Source of the DNA: Methanobacteriota archaeon
Lineage (GTDB): Archaea > Halobacteriota > Bog-38 > Methanoflorentales > Methanoflorentaceae
Direction of reading: 5' to 3'
NCBI GenBank assembly: GCA_963719035.1
Contig: CAVRAO010000008.1
Coordinates: forward strand, 192,001 to 256,000
Length of the DNA: 64,000 bases
Part shown: positions 31,712 to 41,368 of the stretch, in pieces
How the letters are laid out: each line of letters opens with the position of its first letter
How positions within the stretch are numbered: position 1 is the stretch's first letter
Made by a program: the position numbers and the translations under genes
Notes under the pieces: generated by a model
Told to the model about the DNA's origin: nothing
The model's database searches: none
The model's input: the letters and a program-made list of their open reading frames with translations, nothing else

Positions 31712-32221
31712 TTATGTGATAGTAATCTTTGACGTAAGTTGCGAAGGTTGATAAGTACTATCACCTGCAAATTTCAGTGTGACGTCATATGTGCCTGGAT
31801 TCAAACCGCTTGTGTCGAGGTACGCGGTATAATAACAGTCACTGCCTCCTGAAGTTATTGTGCCAATTGTCGCAGTGACCGCTCCGTGGCCACAAATCCG
31901 GATCCCTGAAGCAATTACATTGATTCCTATGTTGTCTCCCCCGCTTGGATCGCGGACGAATTGAATTGAGGTCGCTGTCGTCCCTGATACCGTCGGCGTT
32001 GGGGTTGGCGTTGGTGTTGGCGTTGGGGTTGGCGTTGGTGTTGGCGTTGGAGTGGGCGTAGGTGTTGAAGTCGTAGCGGTAGTAGCCGTAGACGTCGAAG
32101 TATTTGTGTTTGTTTCTGAGCTAGACCCTACATTAGCTTGATCAGATGTAGTGCAGCCAGTCATTATAATGGAAGCGATCACCATCGCGACCGTTAACAA
32201 ATAAAGATAACCCTTCCTCAT
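31712..32221 (-). CDS. Lipoprotein with Thr-rich/(TP)12 linker and C-terminal Ig-like domain
   Basis: Lipobox-like IMTGC after a hydrophobic helix; PGTYDVTLKFAGDSTY Ig-like signature. Confidence 0.75.
   Translation of the reverse strand: MRKGYLYLLTVAMVIASIIMTGCTTSDQANVGSSSETNTNTSTSTATTATTSTPTPTPTPTPTPTPTPTPTPTPTPTVSGTTATSIQFVRDPSGGDNIGINVIASGIRICGHGAVTATIGTITSGGSDCYYTAYLDTSGLNPGTYDVTLKFAGDSTYQPSQLTSKITIT
31991..32065 (-). repeat. 6-bp tandem repeat encoding (Thr-Pro)12
   Basis: Plus strand (GGNGTT)n with synonymous variation. Confidence 0.9.
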
Positions 32222-32459
32222 TTTTACCAGATAGTTAAACTAGACGTAGCCCGTATATAAAAACGACGATATGCTCATTGACGTTCTGTTTCACAGTTTT
32301 AATTCAAGCCCATTTCACGCAGCAGAGCGACTCCTAATAGCAGGCATCTAGTGCTAAATAACTATGATGGCCTGATTAGTATCGTAACAAACTCAGAGCG
32401 TCGACGATGCATAAGACAACGTAACGACAGAGTACGAACTACGAACGACAACATCCAAG

Positions 32460-34525
32460 CTAACTTACGTTTACGTTAACGACGGTGCTCGTCGATGATG
32501 CATAGGCGCTGTCACCGGTGAAGGTGGCGTAGTAGGGGCGTTGGCCTGCAGAGTTAAAGGTCTGGGTGAGGGTGATCTGGCCGTTAGCGTTGGTGGTCGC
32601 GGTGATGTCGTTGTAGCGGACGTTGTTGAGGTAGTGGTAGATGGTGACGGTTTTGCCGGAGAGGGCAGTGGTGCCCTTGAGGGTGGCGGTGAAGGTGACC
32701 TTATCATTGATAGCGGGGGCGGTGGTGGACGCTTGGAGAGCGGTGGTGGTGGTTTGGCTGCTAATCTTGCGACGTTGATGTTGACGGCGCTGCTCGTTGA
32801 TGAGGCGTAGGCGCTGTCACCGGTGAAGGTGGCGTAGTAGGGACGTTGGCCGGCGGAGCTAAAGGTTTGGGTGAGGGTGATCTGGCCGTTAGCGTTGGTG
32901 GTCGCGGTGATGTCGTTGTAGCGGACGTTGTTGAGGTAGTGGTAGATGGTGACGGTTTTGCCGGAGAGGGCAGTGGTGCCCTTGAGGGTGGCGGTGAAGG
33001 TGACCTTATCATTGATAGCGGGGGTGGTGGTGGACGCTTTGAGGGCGGTGGTGGTGGTTTGGCTGCTGCTACTGCCGACGTTGATGTTGACGGCGCTGCT
33101 CGTTGATGTGGCATAGGTGCTGTCACCGGCAAAGGTGGCGTAGTAAGGGCGTTGACCGGTGGAGCCGAAGCTCTGGGTGAGGGTGATCTGGCCGTTAGCG
33201 TTGGTGGTCGCGGTGATGTCGTCGTAGCGTACGTTGTTGAGGTAGTGGTAGATGGTGACGGATTTGCCGGAGAGGGCAGAGGTGCCCTTGAGGGTGGCGG
33301 TGAAGGTGACCTTATCATTGATAGCGGGGGTGGTGGTGGACGCGGCGAGGGAGAGTTGGGCAGTTTGGCTGCCAGTGACATTGATGTTGACGGCGCTGCT
33401 CGTTGATGATGCGTAGGTGCTGTCACCGGCAAAGGTGGCGTAGTAGGGGCGTTGACCGGTCGAGCTGAAGGTCTGGGTGAGGGTGAGCTGGCCGTTCGCG
33501 TTGGTGGTCCCGGTGAAGTCGTTGTAGCGGACGTTGTTGAGGTAGTGGTAGATGGTGACGGATTTGCCGGAGAGGGCAGAGGTGCCCTTGAGGGTGGCGG
33601 TGAAGGTGACTGGTTTGCCGACAGTGGGGGTAGAGTTGGTGACGGAAAGCGTAGTAGAAGTGGTTTGGCCAGAAGAAAATTGAGTTGAACTAGTCGCTGG
33701 GTAATAAACCTGTAAGTCTGCCACTACCTTTTCGAATCCTAGCTCTTTATATCTACTAAGCCCCTGCGAATTACTACCACACCACACGTGGAAATGGCTG
33801 AAGCCAATCCCGTTGGAATACGACCAATCAAGCATTGACTTATAACTTGGTGATCCCCCAGTCTTCGAGTTGGTCAGAATTGGATTGTAATCTTTCCCAT
33901 CAGAACCATATTCCCACACCCCTGCTAGTATGCCATTCTGCTTTCCTAAAGAAGCGGCCTCTGTCGCTCCTTGCTGGATATACGGCCACTCCTGAGTATA
34001 GTAGCTCTCCCAGCTATTTGCTACTGTAAAGGAGTGTTTGTACATATCCTTCCAGAGGCCACATTGATCACAGTTGTAGTTCACGTACCCTTTGAAATGT
34101 TTTGACAAATAGTCAAGATCGCCAGCTCTGCCACCTTCCGAAGAGACGTACTCCCAGCCGGCGGCTTTGAGCGATTGGAAGTAGCTGGCAAAATTGCTAA
34201 TCGGTGTGCTTTGTAGCCGTCCTCCGTCCCAAATAGGGATTTCAACGTCGATAATTGGCTGCATACCAAGCGATTTGATCTTGTTAAGCTCAGTTTGGTA
34301 CGTTCCTTTGTCCAGAACGACCAAATGAACGGCGGTGAATCCATGCGCTTTAAAATAGTCAAGTGAGCCGTCATTTACCATTGACGCGGCGCAGCCAATG
34401 TGATACTGAATTGGGTGGGTAGTGGCGGCTCCGACTGGTGGTGTCGTAGCTATAATAGAGAACAAAAACGCAGCCAGAACCAAAATAACCGCAAATTTGT
34501 TATTGGACTGACGTAAACGTTGCAT
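32460..34525 (-). CDS. Secreted protein (about 688 aa): unassigned N-terminal domain plus four Ig-like (Big_3-type) repeats; -1 indel near 32765
   Basis: Signal peptide; repeats TIYHYLNNVRY..TTNANGQ..QRPYYATFAGDSTY. Restoring one base puts the fourth repeat in frame to TAG at 32460; span 2066 = 3n-1. Confidence 0.8.
32465..33670 (-). repeat. Four near-identical tandem repeats, period 300/306/305 bp
   Basis: Anchor CCGTT(A/C)GCGTTGGTGGTC at 32581, 32886, 33192 and 33492. Confidence 0.95.
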
Positions 34526-34789
34526 CCGCGGGCGTTTTTTGTCAGGAGGTGTCAACATAATCCTTATCAACAGCAAAAAACTGCAGCCTAAGCAGTTAAA
34601 TGTGAATTACTTCCTTTTAAAAGCCTGCGTAACTTTTTTTTCAATAATACTTAACCTTTGTTGTTTACGTCCAAGCCTTCCACAACCATCGCTGGAACAA
34701 ACGGCAGCATATTACCTCTATTTTCGTTATGATATGCGCGGAGACAGCGGAGAATAGTTTTTATGCCTGAACGCGGCGCGGTTTTCGTA

Positions 34790-35725
34790 TCAAAGCTTCG
34801 ATGTACTTTTAGTGCTCGTTTTCCGCTCCATCGCAGAGTTCTCAGGTTTTCGGGCGTATCTCAAGTAAATAACAGAAAAGCCAAGAAACCAGACCGGAAA
34901 GAGCACATAGCTGGCGTAGTCGTGTACGGTCCAAAGCGCTTCAGCGCCGTAGAAATAGCCTGCGGCAAAAAGCAACAACAGCCTCACGAAGTTCTGGAGA
35001 TACGTACCAATCACACCAAAAATGAGTAGCCCAATCAAGAGCTTGTTCTGCGGTTTTCGGTCGATGATCATAAGTCCGAAAATGGCGAGAAATATGGCCA
35101 GCGAATCGCTTCCGGCGCATCTTGCATCAACCTTCGTGACGATATCGTAGCCCAACAGACTGGTCAACGTGACCGTAACGCCATTTAGAGTGATCGGCAC
35201 TCCGAGAGATTGCAGCGTTGACACACAGAGCACCGCAGTTACCCGGGGAAACCAAAAAGCTGTCGTGTTTTCAAGCAGCACTGGAAAACCTACGGCAACC
35301 CCGAACAATCCTAAGAGCAAGAGCGGTATTTTTGACGCTTGTCCAAAAAAAAGTGAGAATTGAGCGACGATGACGAACCCCACGGCAAAAAGGGTTAGTG
35401 GGAGCGAAGCTGAGAATGCCGAAACGTAGAATAGGAGAACAATCGAAGCACTCACCAATAACAGGCCAAAGATTAACCACTTAGCATCGGTCCCTCCTCG
35501 GGATGCCTCGACGATGTCCGCTCGCTTGATGTACGTCCACAAGATGCATAGGGCTAGAACTACCCAAAAATAGAACCCGTTTTGCTTCAGCGTGGCGTAA
35601 TCAAAAAGAAGCGCTGCACCAGCAAAAACGCTTCTAAACACCGCAAACGTAAAAATAAGGCAGACACATAGTAAGCCTAGCTTCAACACGAGTTTATGGT
35701 CCTTTCTGAGCACTGAACGATCCAC
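34790..35725 (-). CDS. Exosortase/archaeosortase family protein
   Basis: Multi-TM with catalytic-type Cys (VDARCAG), Arg (QNFVR) and His (TVHD) in the expected order and spacing. Confidence 0.85.
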   Translation of the reverse strand: MDRSVLRKDHKLVLKLGLLCVCLIFTFAVFRSVFAGAALLFDYATLKQNGFYFWVVLALCILWTYIKRADIVEASRGGTDAKWLIFGLLLVSASIVLLFYVSAFSASLPLTLFAVGFVIVAQFSLFFGQASKIPLLLLGLFGVAVGFPVLLENTTAFWFPRVTAVLCVSTLQSLGVPITLNGVTVTLTSLLGYDIVTKVDARCAGSDSLAIFLAIFGLMIIDRKPQNKLLIGLLIFGVIGTYLQNFVRLLLLFAAGYFYGAEALWTVHDYASYVLFPVWFLGFSVIYLRYARKPENSAMERKTSTKSTSKL

Positions 35726-35851
35726 GGTTTATTTGCCTCTGAGAGATCAGATTAAAAAAACGCACTTTAAAATAGCTTCTAGCTACAGCAGCCTTAATAT
35801 TTAATATGGTTTGTGAAAACTTTTGTAGATATACTTTTTGTGGAATTGACG

Positions 35852-36694
35852 ATGCTTGAAACCCCCGCAGCGATAAGAATAGATGTCGACAGCACGCGAG
35901 ATATTGCTCTCCTACCTGAATTGCTCGACTTGCTACTGCTTCTTGACGTTAAAGCAACTTTTTTTATCACGACTGGCCCTGACAGGTTAGCGCTTAACCT
36001 GTTCAATTATCTTACAGATCCGCGAAGTTTCTTCAGATTCGTTAAATCGAAACCGCTGCGGTATGGGTCCCACAGTCTAAATGGGCTTTTAAGAAAAACG
36101 CCAGTAGAAGCCACATGCCCAGAGGTATTACTGAGAGCCCAACTAGAAGGACACGAAATCGGTTTACACGGATACGATCACTATGCGTGGATACGTAACT
36201 TGCGCAACATGGATGAACTCCAGATCACTGAGCTAATTAGCCGAGGGTTGGGGGCATTACACGCGATAACTGTAGCTGACATAAGGGGCTTTGCCTCTCC
36301 CGGATTTGCTGTTACAAGCGCTTTGTTAAGGGCTATTGACGCGCTTGGCTTTGACTATTCAAGTGATTTTAAAAGCAATAAGCCGACACCCCCCTTCTAC
36401 CCAGAAACAGAGACTAAAAGGGATTCTGTCTTGCAAGTGCCGGTTTCGATGGATTCGATTGGTGAGCTCTTTATAGCAGGATTTTCTGAAGATGAGATTA
36501 AAGCGAAGATTCACAAGAACAGAGATGTTTGGCACAACAAAATGGTACCGTTCGTGATGTACGCTCACCCAGCGCACGAAATCGGCTGCTACAAGGAGTT
36601 ATTCTCCTCGGTCTTACGAGATCTGCGCGAAGATTCACGCTTTACATTTTTAACACTAGCCCAAATTGCGCAACAATGGAAGGTGCGTGCTTGA
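35852..36694 (+). CDS. Polysaccharide deacetylase (CE4/NodB fold, ArnD-like)
   Basis: RIDVD, ATFFITTGPD, HEIGLHGYDH, GFASPG, YAHP. Confidence 0.85.
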   Translation: MLETPAAIRIDVDSTRDIALLPELLDLLLLLDVKATFFITTGPDRLALNLFNYLTDPRSFFRFVKSKPLRYGSHSLNGLLRKTPVEATCPEVLLRAQLEGHEIGLHGYDHYAWIRNLRNMDELQITELISRGLGALHAITVADIRGFASPGFAVTSALLRAIDALGFDYSSDFKSNKPTPPFYPETETKRDSVLQVPVSMDSIGELFIAGFSEDEIKAKIHKNRDVWHNKMVPFVMYAHPAHEIGCYKELFSSVLRDLREDSRFTFLTLAQIAQQWKVRA

Positions 36695-37863
36695 AGTCGC
36701 TCAGAATTGCACACATCTACGAACTCGGTCCGCGACAAGAGGGCGTGCTGCTAGGCGGCATTGAAGTTGCATTGCTTGAACTTTCAAAATCACTTACGAG
36801 ACTGGGGCACGAAGTAACGATCATCAATGGGGCAAGCAATGGAGCTGCCGAGTTTCATATAGAAGACGTGATGGTTAAAACCATTGATCTCGCAGGCACC
36901 ATGAGACGTACCTGGGATCCTACAAACCTAAGGTTTGCAAGACAGGTCGCATTTCCGTTTGCAGCGCTTGCGGCAGAGCTCCCCGGTTTTGATGTCTATC
37001 ACGGTCATTTCTACACGTCAGGCGTAGCAGCAAACGTCTTAGCTCGAAAATATGGAGGGTCGGCGGTCAACACAATCCACGGCTCGTATTATGACATCTG
37101 GCGTTACATAGAGCCTCCGATCATCTCATCGATGTACAGACTAACTGAGCGCACACTCGCTCCGATGCTTGCACGGATGTCCAAAATACAAATTCACACA
37201 GGTGGCTATTTTGCACGCAGGGTCATAAACTGGGGGGCCCCACCCGATAAGATAGTAACGATTCACAACGGCTTTGATCCGCACGTGTTTAAACCCGGCG
37301 TTGCATCCAGCGATCTCGTCGGGGAGAGACCTATTCTTTTCACTGCGAGGAGGCTCGTTGAGAAAAACGGTTTAGAGTACCTTATTTTGGCGATGCCAGA
37401 CATTATTGCACAAAATGATGCTGAGCTTGTGATAGCTGGAGACGGACCGCACAAGCAGCACCTCCAAAAACTAGTGGCGCACCACAACCTTCAAAACGAT
37501 GTCTCGTTTATCGGGGCGGTGCCGCATTCTAAGTTGCCACAATTAATTTCAGCATCGGATATAGTAGTGATCCCAAGCCTCATGGAAGCTTCAAGTCTCT
37601 TCCTGATTGAGTCTATGGCTTGTAAACGCCCTATTGTCGCAACTAACGTGGGTGGGATTCCTGAAATTTTAAACGAAGGCTGCGGCGTACTTGTACCCCC
37701 ACGAAATACGCTCGCCCTTTCCCAAGCTATAAACCGACTAATTGCTGATCAGGGTTTACGAGACAATCTAGCAAGTGAGGCCTGTTTAGCAGTAAGAGGA
37801 ACGCTTACGTGGGATAAAATCGCCCAACAGACTGAGAACGCCTACGCGACTGCAGTTGCGTAA
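36691..37863 (+). CDS. Glycosyltransferase family 4 (GT-B)
   Basis: GGIE, IHNG, ARRLVEKNG, IAGDGP, ESMACKRPIVATNVGGIPE; TTG start overlaps upstream TGA. Confidence 0.92.
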   Translation: MKSLRIAHIYELGPRQEGVLLGGIEVALLELSKSLTRLGHEVTIINGASNGAAEFHIEDVMVKTIDLAGTMRRTWDPTNLRFARQVAFPFAALAAELPGFDVYHGHFYTSGVAANVLARKYGGSAVNTIHGSYYDIWRYIEPPIISSMYRLTERTLAPMLARMSKIQIHTGGYFARRVINWGAPPDKIVTIHNGFDPHVFKPGVASSDLVGERPILFTARRLVEKNGLEYLILAMPDIIAQNDAELVIAGDGPHKQHLQKLVAHHNLQNDVSFIGAVPHSKLPQLISASDIVVIPSLMEASSLFLIESMACKRPIVATNVGGIPEILNEGCGVLVPPRNTLALSQAINRLIADQGLRDNLASEACLAVRGTLTWDKIAQQTENAYATAVA

Positions 37864-37871
37864 TCGAAAGA

Positions 37872-38141
37872 CTAGCGGTAGTAATCAGGCACTGTCGCTT
37901 TCCGGAACTCGACGCATCGTTTGCAGGAATCAACTGGGAGTATTCCAAACGCTCCGCAACGGACGTATTTGGTTGCTCCGTACCGTTCGTATCCCATGAA
38001 CGCCACGCAGTCCACGTCGGGTTCGGTCGTGCCGGTTCCTAAACCCATTTGTCTGCCTCTAAAGAACGTTTGGGTTTTATTATTTATAAGTTGGCGCAGC
38101 TTTCGTAAGGCAGAGTATTTCTGATTGGTTAACGAAGTCAA
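37872..38141 (-). CDS. Small hypothetical protein with four Cys (C-x16-C-x10-C-x2-C)
   Basis: 89 aa; TTG start overlapping the trmI stop; fills the gap exactly. Confidence 0.55.
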   Translation of the reverse strand: MTSLTNQKYSALRKLRQLINNKTQTFFRGRQMGLGTGTTEPDVDCVAFMGYERYGATKYVRCGAFGILPVDSCKRCVEFRKATVPDYYR

Positions 38142-38863
38142 ACTCGAGCTATTGTCACGAAACCTGTGTGTCCAACTCTAGTAGCGGGACGAGTGCCTCT
38201 TTTCCCAAACTGTATCTCTCGTTCAATTCCCTCGAAAGTTTTGATTTGAGTGAAGCTCGTAAGCGCATTTCGCGCCTCAAATACCTGCTCATAAAATGGA
38301 GAGAATGACGCTATGAACCCGCCAGGTGCCAAGCAGTCTGTTACTACACGGATTGCGTTGCTGATGTCGTACAAGTCGAGGGTGACGATGTCAAACTCAA
38401 TTTCTGATTTTATTTCGAGTATATCTCCTTCGATAATATCGACGTTTGTCAGCCCTGCCCTTTTTACGTTCTCCGCAGCGCGTTTTGCAAAATCCGGGTT
38501 AATCTCGTAAGAGACAACGTGTTTAGCAATATTGCCCAAAAAGATAGCGGTTATCCCTGACCCAGTGCCTGCATCGAGCACAACGTCATCTTTGTTCAAC
38601 CCAGTATAGGCAACAATAATGCCGATGTCTTTCGGCATCATGGGCGCCCCGGTGCGCTTCAAATGGGTAAAATAGTCGGGTGCACGTGGTTCCAGCACCT
38701 TAAACTCATAGCAAAGGTGCGTGCTTACGGTACTTCCGAATTCTAGAGCTTTGAGTGCCCCAAGGTTTATTATGCCAACGTCAGTATGGAGCTCCCCCTC
38801 AGATCTAACTAAAAACTGCTTTTTATTATTCGCGATCGAGACCAGAAGGGCGTTCTCAACCAT
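38138..38863 (-). CDS. trmI: tRNA (adenine57/58-N1)-methyltransferase
   Basis: PKDIG, VLDAGTGSG, LDL, GTRP..VGHTGF. Confidence 0.92.
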   Translation of the reverse strand: MVENALLVSIANNKKQFLVRSEGELHTDVGIINLGALKALEFGSTVSTHLCYEFKVLEPRAPDYFTHLKRTGAPMMPKDIGIIVAYTGLNKDDVVLDAGTGSGITAIFLGNIAKHVVSYEINPDFAKRAAENVKRAGLTNVDIIEGDILEIKSEIEFDIVTLDLYDISNAIRVVTDCLAPGGFIASFSPFYEQVFEARNALTSFTQIKTFEGIEREIQFGKRGTRPATRVGHTGFVTIARV

Positions 38864-38875
38864 ATCTTCCTGCTA

Positions 38876-39226
38876 TTACGACTCTTTCAGTTTCAGAATT
38901 GCTTCGGCAAGGTCCCCGTCACTTGCCATAAGCGCCTCTCGCGCATCATTCTCGCTGACTCCCGCTTGTTCTGTGACCAACTTTACGTCTTCTTCATTTA
39001 TCCGCGCACGTTCAGTAGGCTCTCCTGATATCTGATAGTTTTTAGTTCCTTGAGCTTTCATTATCGTGACCGCCACGTCTTCGAAAACGAGCTCTTTGTC
39101 AGAAAGCTGTATAATCACTCTCTCGACGTTTTCTAGCTGTTCTACGTCGATCCCCATTTGTTTCATCATCTGCTGCAATTTCTTGGGACTCATTCCTCGC
39201 ATTCCGGGAATCATGAAACCACCCAC
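38876..39226 (-). CDS. nac: Nascent polypeptide-associated complex protein
   Basis: MMKQMGI, YQISG, UBA-like GDLAEAI. Confidence 0.93.
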   Translation of the reverse strand: MGGFMIPGMRGMSPKKLQQMMKQMGIDVEQLENVERVIIQLSDKELVFEDVAVTIMKAQGTKNYQISGEPTERARINEEDVKLVTEQAGVSENDAREALMASDGDLAEAILKLKES

Positions 39227-39289
39227 TTTAACGAAATATTTACAGGGCTTTTTTACGTTTTAAGGCGCATTCGAACCGCTCTGCTTAGG

Positions 39290-39757
39290 TTACGAATACT
39301 CGCAAGCACCTAGAAACCCCTGCCTCACTTTAACTGCGACTCCTTTGTTAAACGCGTTCATCTCCAGTGGACTCAAAAGCGCCCGTCCTGTTGCGATCAA
39401 CGCATCATTTTCGTCAACCAACAACACTTCGTCGTGTGCCCTCAAGTCAGAATCCACGTGCACAACGTGTTTAGCAAAGGCAGTTTTTCCCGCTCCAACG
39501 AATGGCGTCGCTTCGGAATTGACTATAACCCGAAGCTTTGGATATGGAAAACACGTGTGCAAGCGGCGTGCCCCTAGTTGACTTAATGTGAAAAGCCCGT
39601 CTGAAGCACGTAGAGTTGCGACCCTCGTATCTCCGTCTAGCACCTGACTAACCCGTCGCGTTCGCGACAAAGAGAACCTCACCGAGTCTGAAAAGAGGGC
39701 TTCTCCTGCTCCAGGCCCGAACTGGTAATCTGCAATAACCCTGACGCGTCGTAGCAC
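39290..39757 (-). CDS. PUA domain protein (stand-alone C-terminal part of archaeosine tRNA-guanine transglycosylase)
   Basis: IADYQFG, TLRASDG, FAKHV, GVAVKVR. Confidence 0.85.
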   Translation of the reverse strand: MLRRVRVIADYQFGPGAGEALFSDSVRFSLSRTRRVSQVLDGDTRVATLRASDGLFTLSQLGARRLHTCFPYPKLRVIVNSEATPFVGAGKTAFAKHVVHVDSDLRAHDEVLLVDENDALIATGRALLSPLEMNAFNKGVAVKVRQGFLGACEYS

Positions 39758-39792
39758 AAGCGTTATATTTCAACACTAAGCATTTTAGGTTT

Positions 39793-41247
39793 ATGCCTCT
39801 CGAGTCACTGTCTGTAGAAGACATGCGCCGCATTGAGGAGAACTGCGTCGGACTCGGCATCTCCAAGTTACAGCTTATGGAAAACGCCGGTAAGGCTGTC
39901 GCGGAACGAGTAAGGCACCTACATAAAAGCTCACGTATCCCAGCCAACAAGGTAGTTGTCATCTGCGGTCTCGGAAATAACGGAGGTGATGGCTTCGTCG
40001 TGGCTCGACATTTATCAAGCGAGTTTACTGTTCATGTGGTGCTCGTCGGCTGTGAGAGTGCCCTGAAAAGTGACGAGGCGCAAAAGAACTGGGACGCTTT
40101 AAAGCATCTGGATTATTCCGTGTCCATTCACCAAGGTCCCGCAATTTTTAGTCCAGAAAGTCCACTTGAGAACCTAGCGGGTTTTGACATACTCGTCGAT
40201 GCTATTCTAGGGACAGGACTGACCGGATCGGTGCGCGAACCAGAAAAAACGGTTATTCAACTAATAAATCAATCAAAAATCAAGAAACTGTCGATTGATG
40301 TCCCTAGCGGCGATCGCACAGAAACGACGGTAAATGCAGATTACGTAATAGCCCTCCATCGCCTTAAAACTGGAACAATTGTTAAGAATACAACAATCTG
40401 CGACATAGGGATTCCCCTAGAGGCAGAACTCTACACAGGCCCGGGCGATATATCTTTTCGCCGGAGGGCTGAAAGTCACAAAGGCGAAAACGGAAGGGTG
40501 CTGATTATTGGCGGCGGGCCTTTTACAGGCGCACCGACTTTGGCCGCTATGGCAGCTTTGAGAAGCGGCATCGATGTTGTGACCGTCGCTTCACCAAAAG
40601 CTGAAATCATAGCTGGATTCAGTCCGAACCTTATAGTCAAACAGATAGGCACTGAACGAATCACTTCAAAAGAAGTAAAAACCCTCATCGATCTCATCGC
40701 CCGGCACGATTCCGTCGTGCTCGGGCCTGGTCTCGGCGCTGACCCAGAAACGACAAGAGCGGTAAGTGCCCTACTATCTGCTTCTGACAACATAACGCTT
40801 GACGCAGACGGGCTTAGTGCCCTGGCAACCGCTGATTACAAGGCACACAGCATAACTGTTACCCCACATCAGGGTGAGTTCACAGCTCTAACAGGTGCCA
40901 CAATTCCGAGCAGTCTTCAAGAAAGAATAGAGGCGGTCAAGGCTTTTTCACGAGAATGGAACGTCATTACACTGCTAAAAGGTCGAATTGACATCATCTC
41001 AGATGGGGCGAAGTATCGCTTAAATAAGACTGGCAATGCCGGAATGACGGTCGGCGGCACAGGTGACGTCTTGGCGGGGCTTGTTGGCGCTTTTTCAACG
41101 CGTCTAGACAAAATGCAAGCAGCGTCAACTGCTGCTTACCTCAACGGCTGTGCGGGTGACTTAGCATTTTCCCGCTTGGGGTACGGCCTGTTAGCAACAG
41201 ACGTCATAGATTGCATACCGGGTGCGGTATCTGGGCTATCTCAATGA
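39793..41247 (+). CDS. nnr: Bifunctional NAD(P)HX epimerase/dehydratase
   Basis: LMENAG, GNNGGDG, DAILGTG, HKGENG, TPHQGEF, GGTGDVLAG. Confidence 0.94.
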   Translation: MPLESLSVEDMRRIEENCVGLGISKLQLMENAGKAVAERVRHLHKSSRIPANKVVVICGLGNNGGDGFVVARHLSSEFTVHVVLVGCESALKSDEAQKNWDALKHLDYSVSIHQGPAIFSPESPLENLAGFDILVDAILGTGLTGSVREPEKTVIQLINQSKIKKLSIDVPSGDRTETTVNADYVIALHRLKTGTIVKNTTICDIGIPLEAELYTGPGDISFRRRAESHKGENGRVLIIGGGPFTGAPTLAAMAALRSGIDVVTVASPKAEIIAGFSPNLIVKQIGTERITSKEVKTLIDLIARHDSVVLGPGLGADPETTRAVSALLSASDNITLDADGLSALATADYKAHSITVTPHQGEFTALTGATIPSSLQERIEAVKAFSREWNVITLLKGRIDIISDGAKYRLNKTGNAGMTVGGTGDVLAGLVGAFSTRLDKMQAASTAAYLNGCAGDLAFSRLGYGLLATDVIDCIPGAVSGLSQ

Positions 41248-41368
41248 TTGGTGTCTGTTTTCTTTTTTCAACACATGTTTGTTAGAATTCCGACAATGAT
41301 ATAGGCTAAGCGGCGAACAAGGCCCAGCAAGACCCATCGAAGGTATGCCCGGCTGCCGGTGGTTGCGT

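Noticed and set aside
32465-33670. CRISPR array or DGR template/variable repeat
   Set aside because: Units are about 300 bp coding repeats without unique spacers; no cas or reverse transcriptase gene, and differences are not obviously adenine-specific.
32541-33688. Pro-rich (PPPPP) and Gly/Val-rich ORFs in other frames or strand, and the Pro-rich tail of the 701-aa ORF
   Set aside because: Shadows of ACC-rich Ig repeats; the tail arises from a -1 indel (305 vs 306 bp period).
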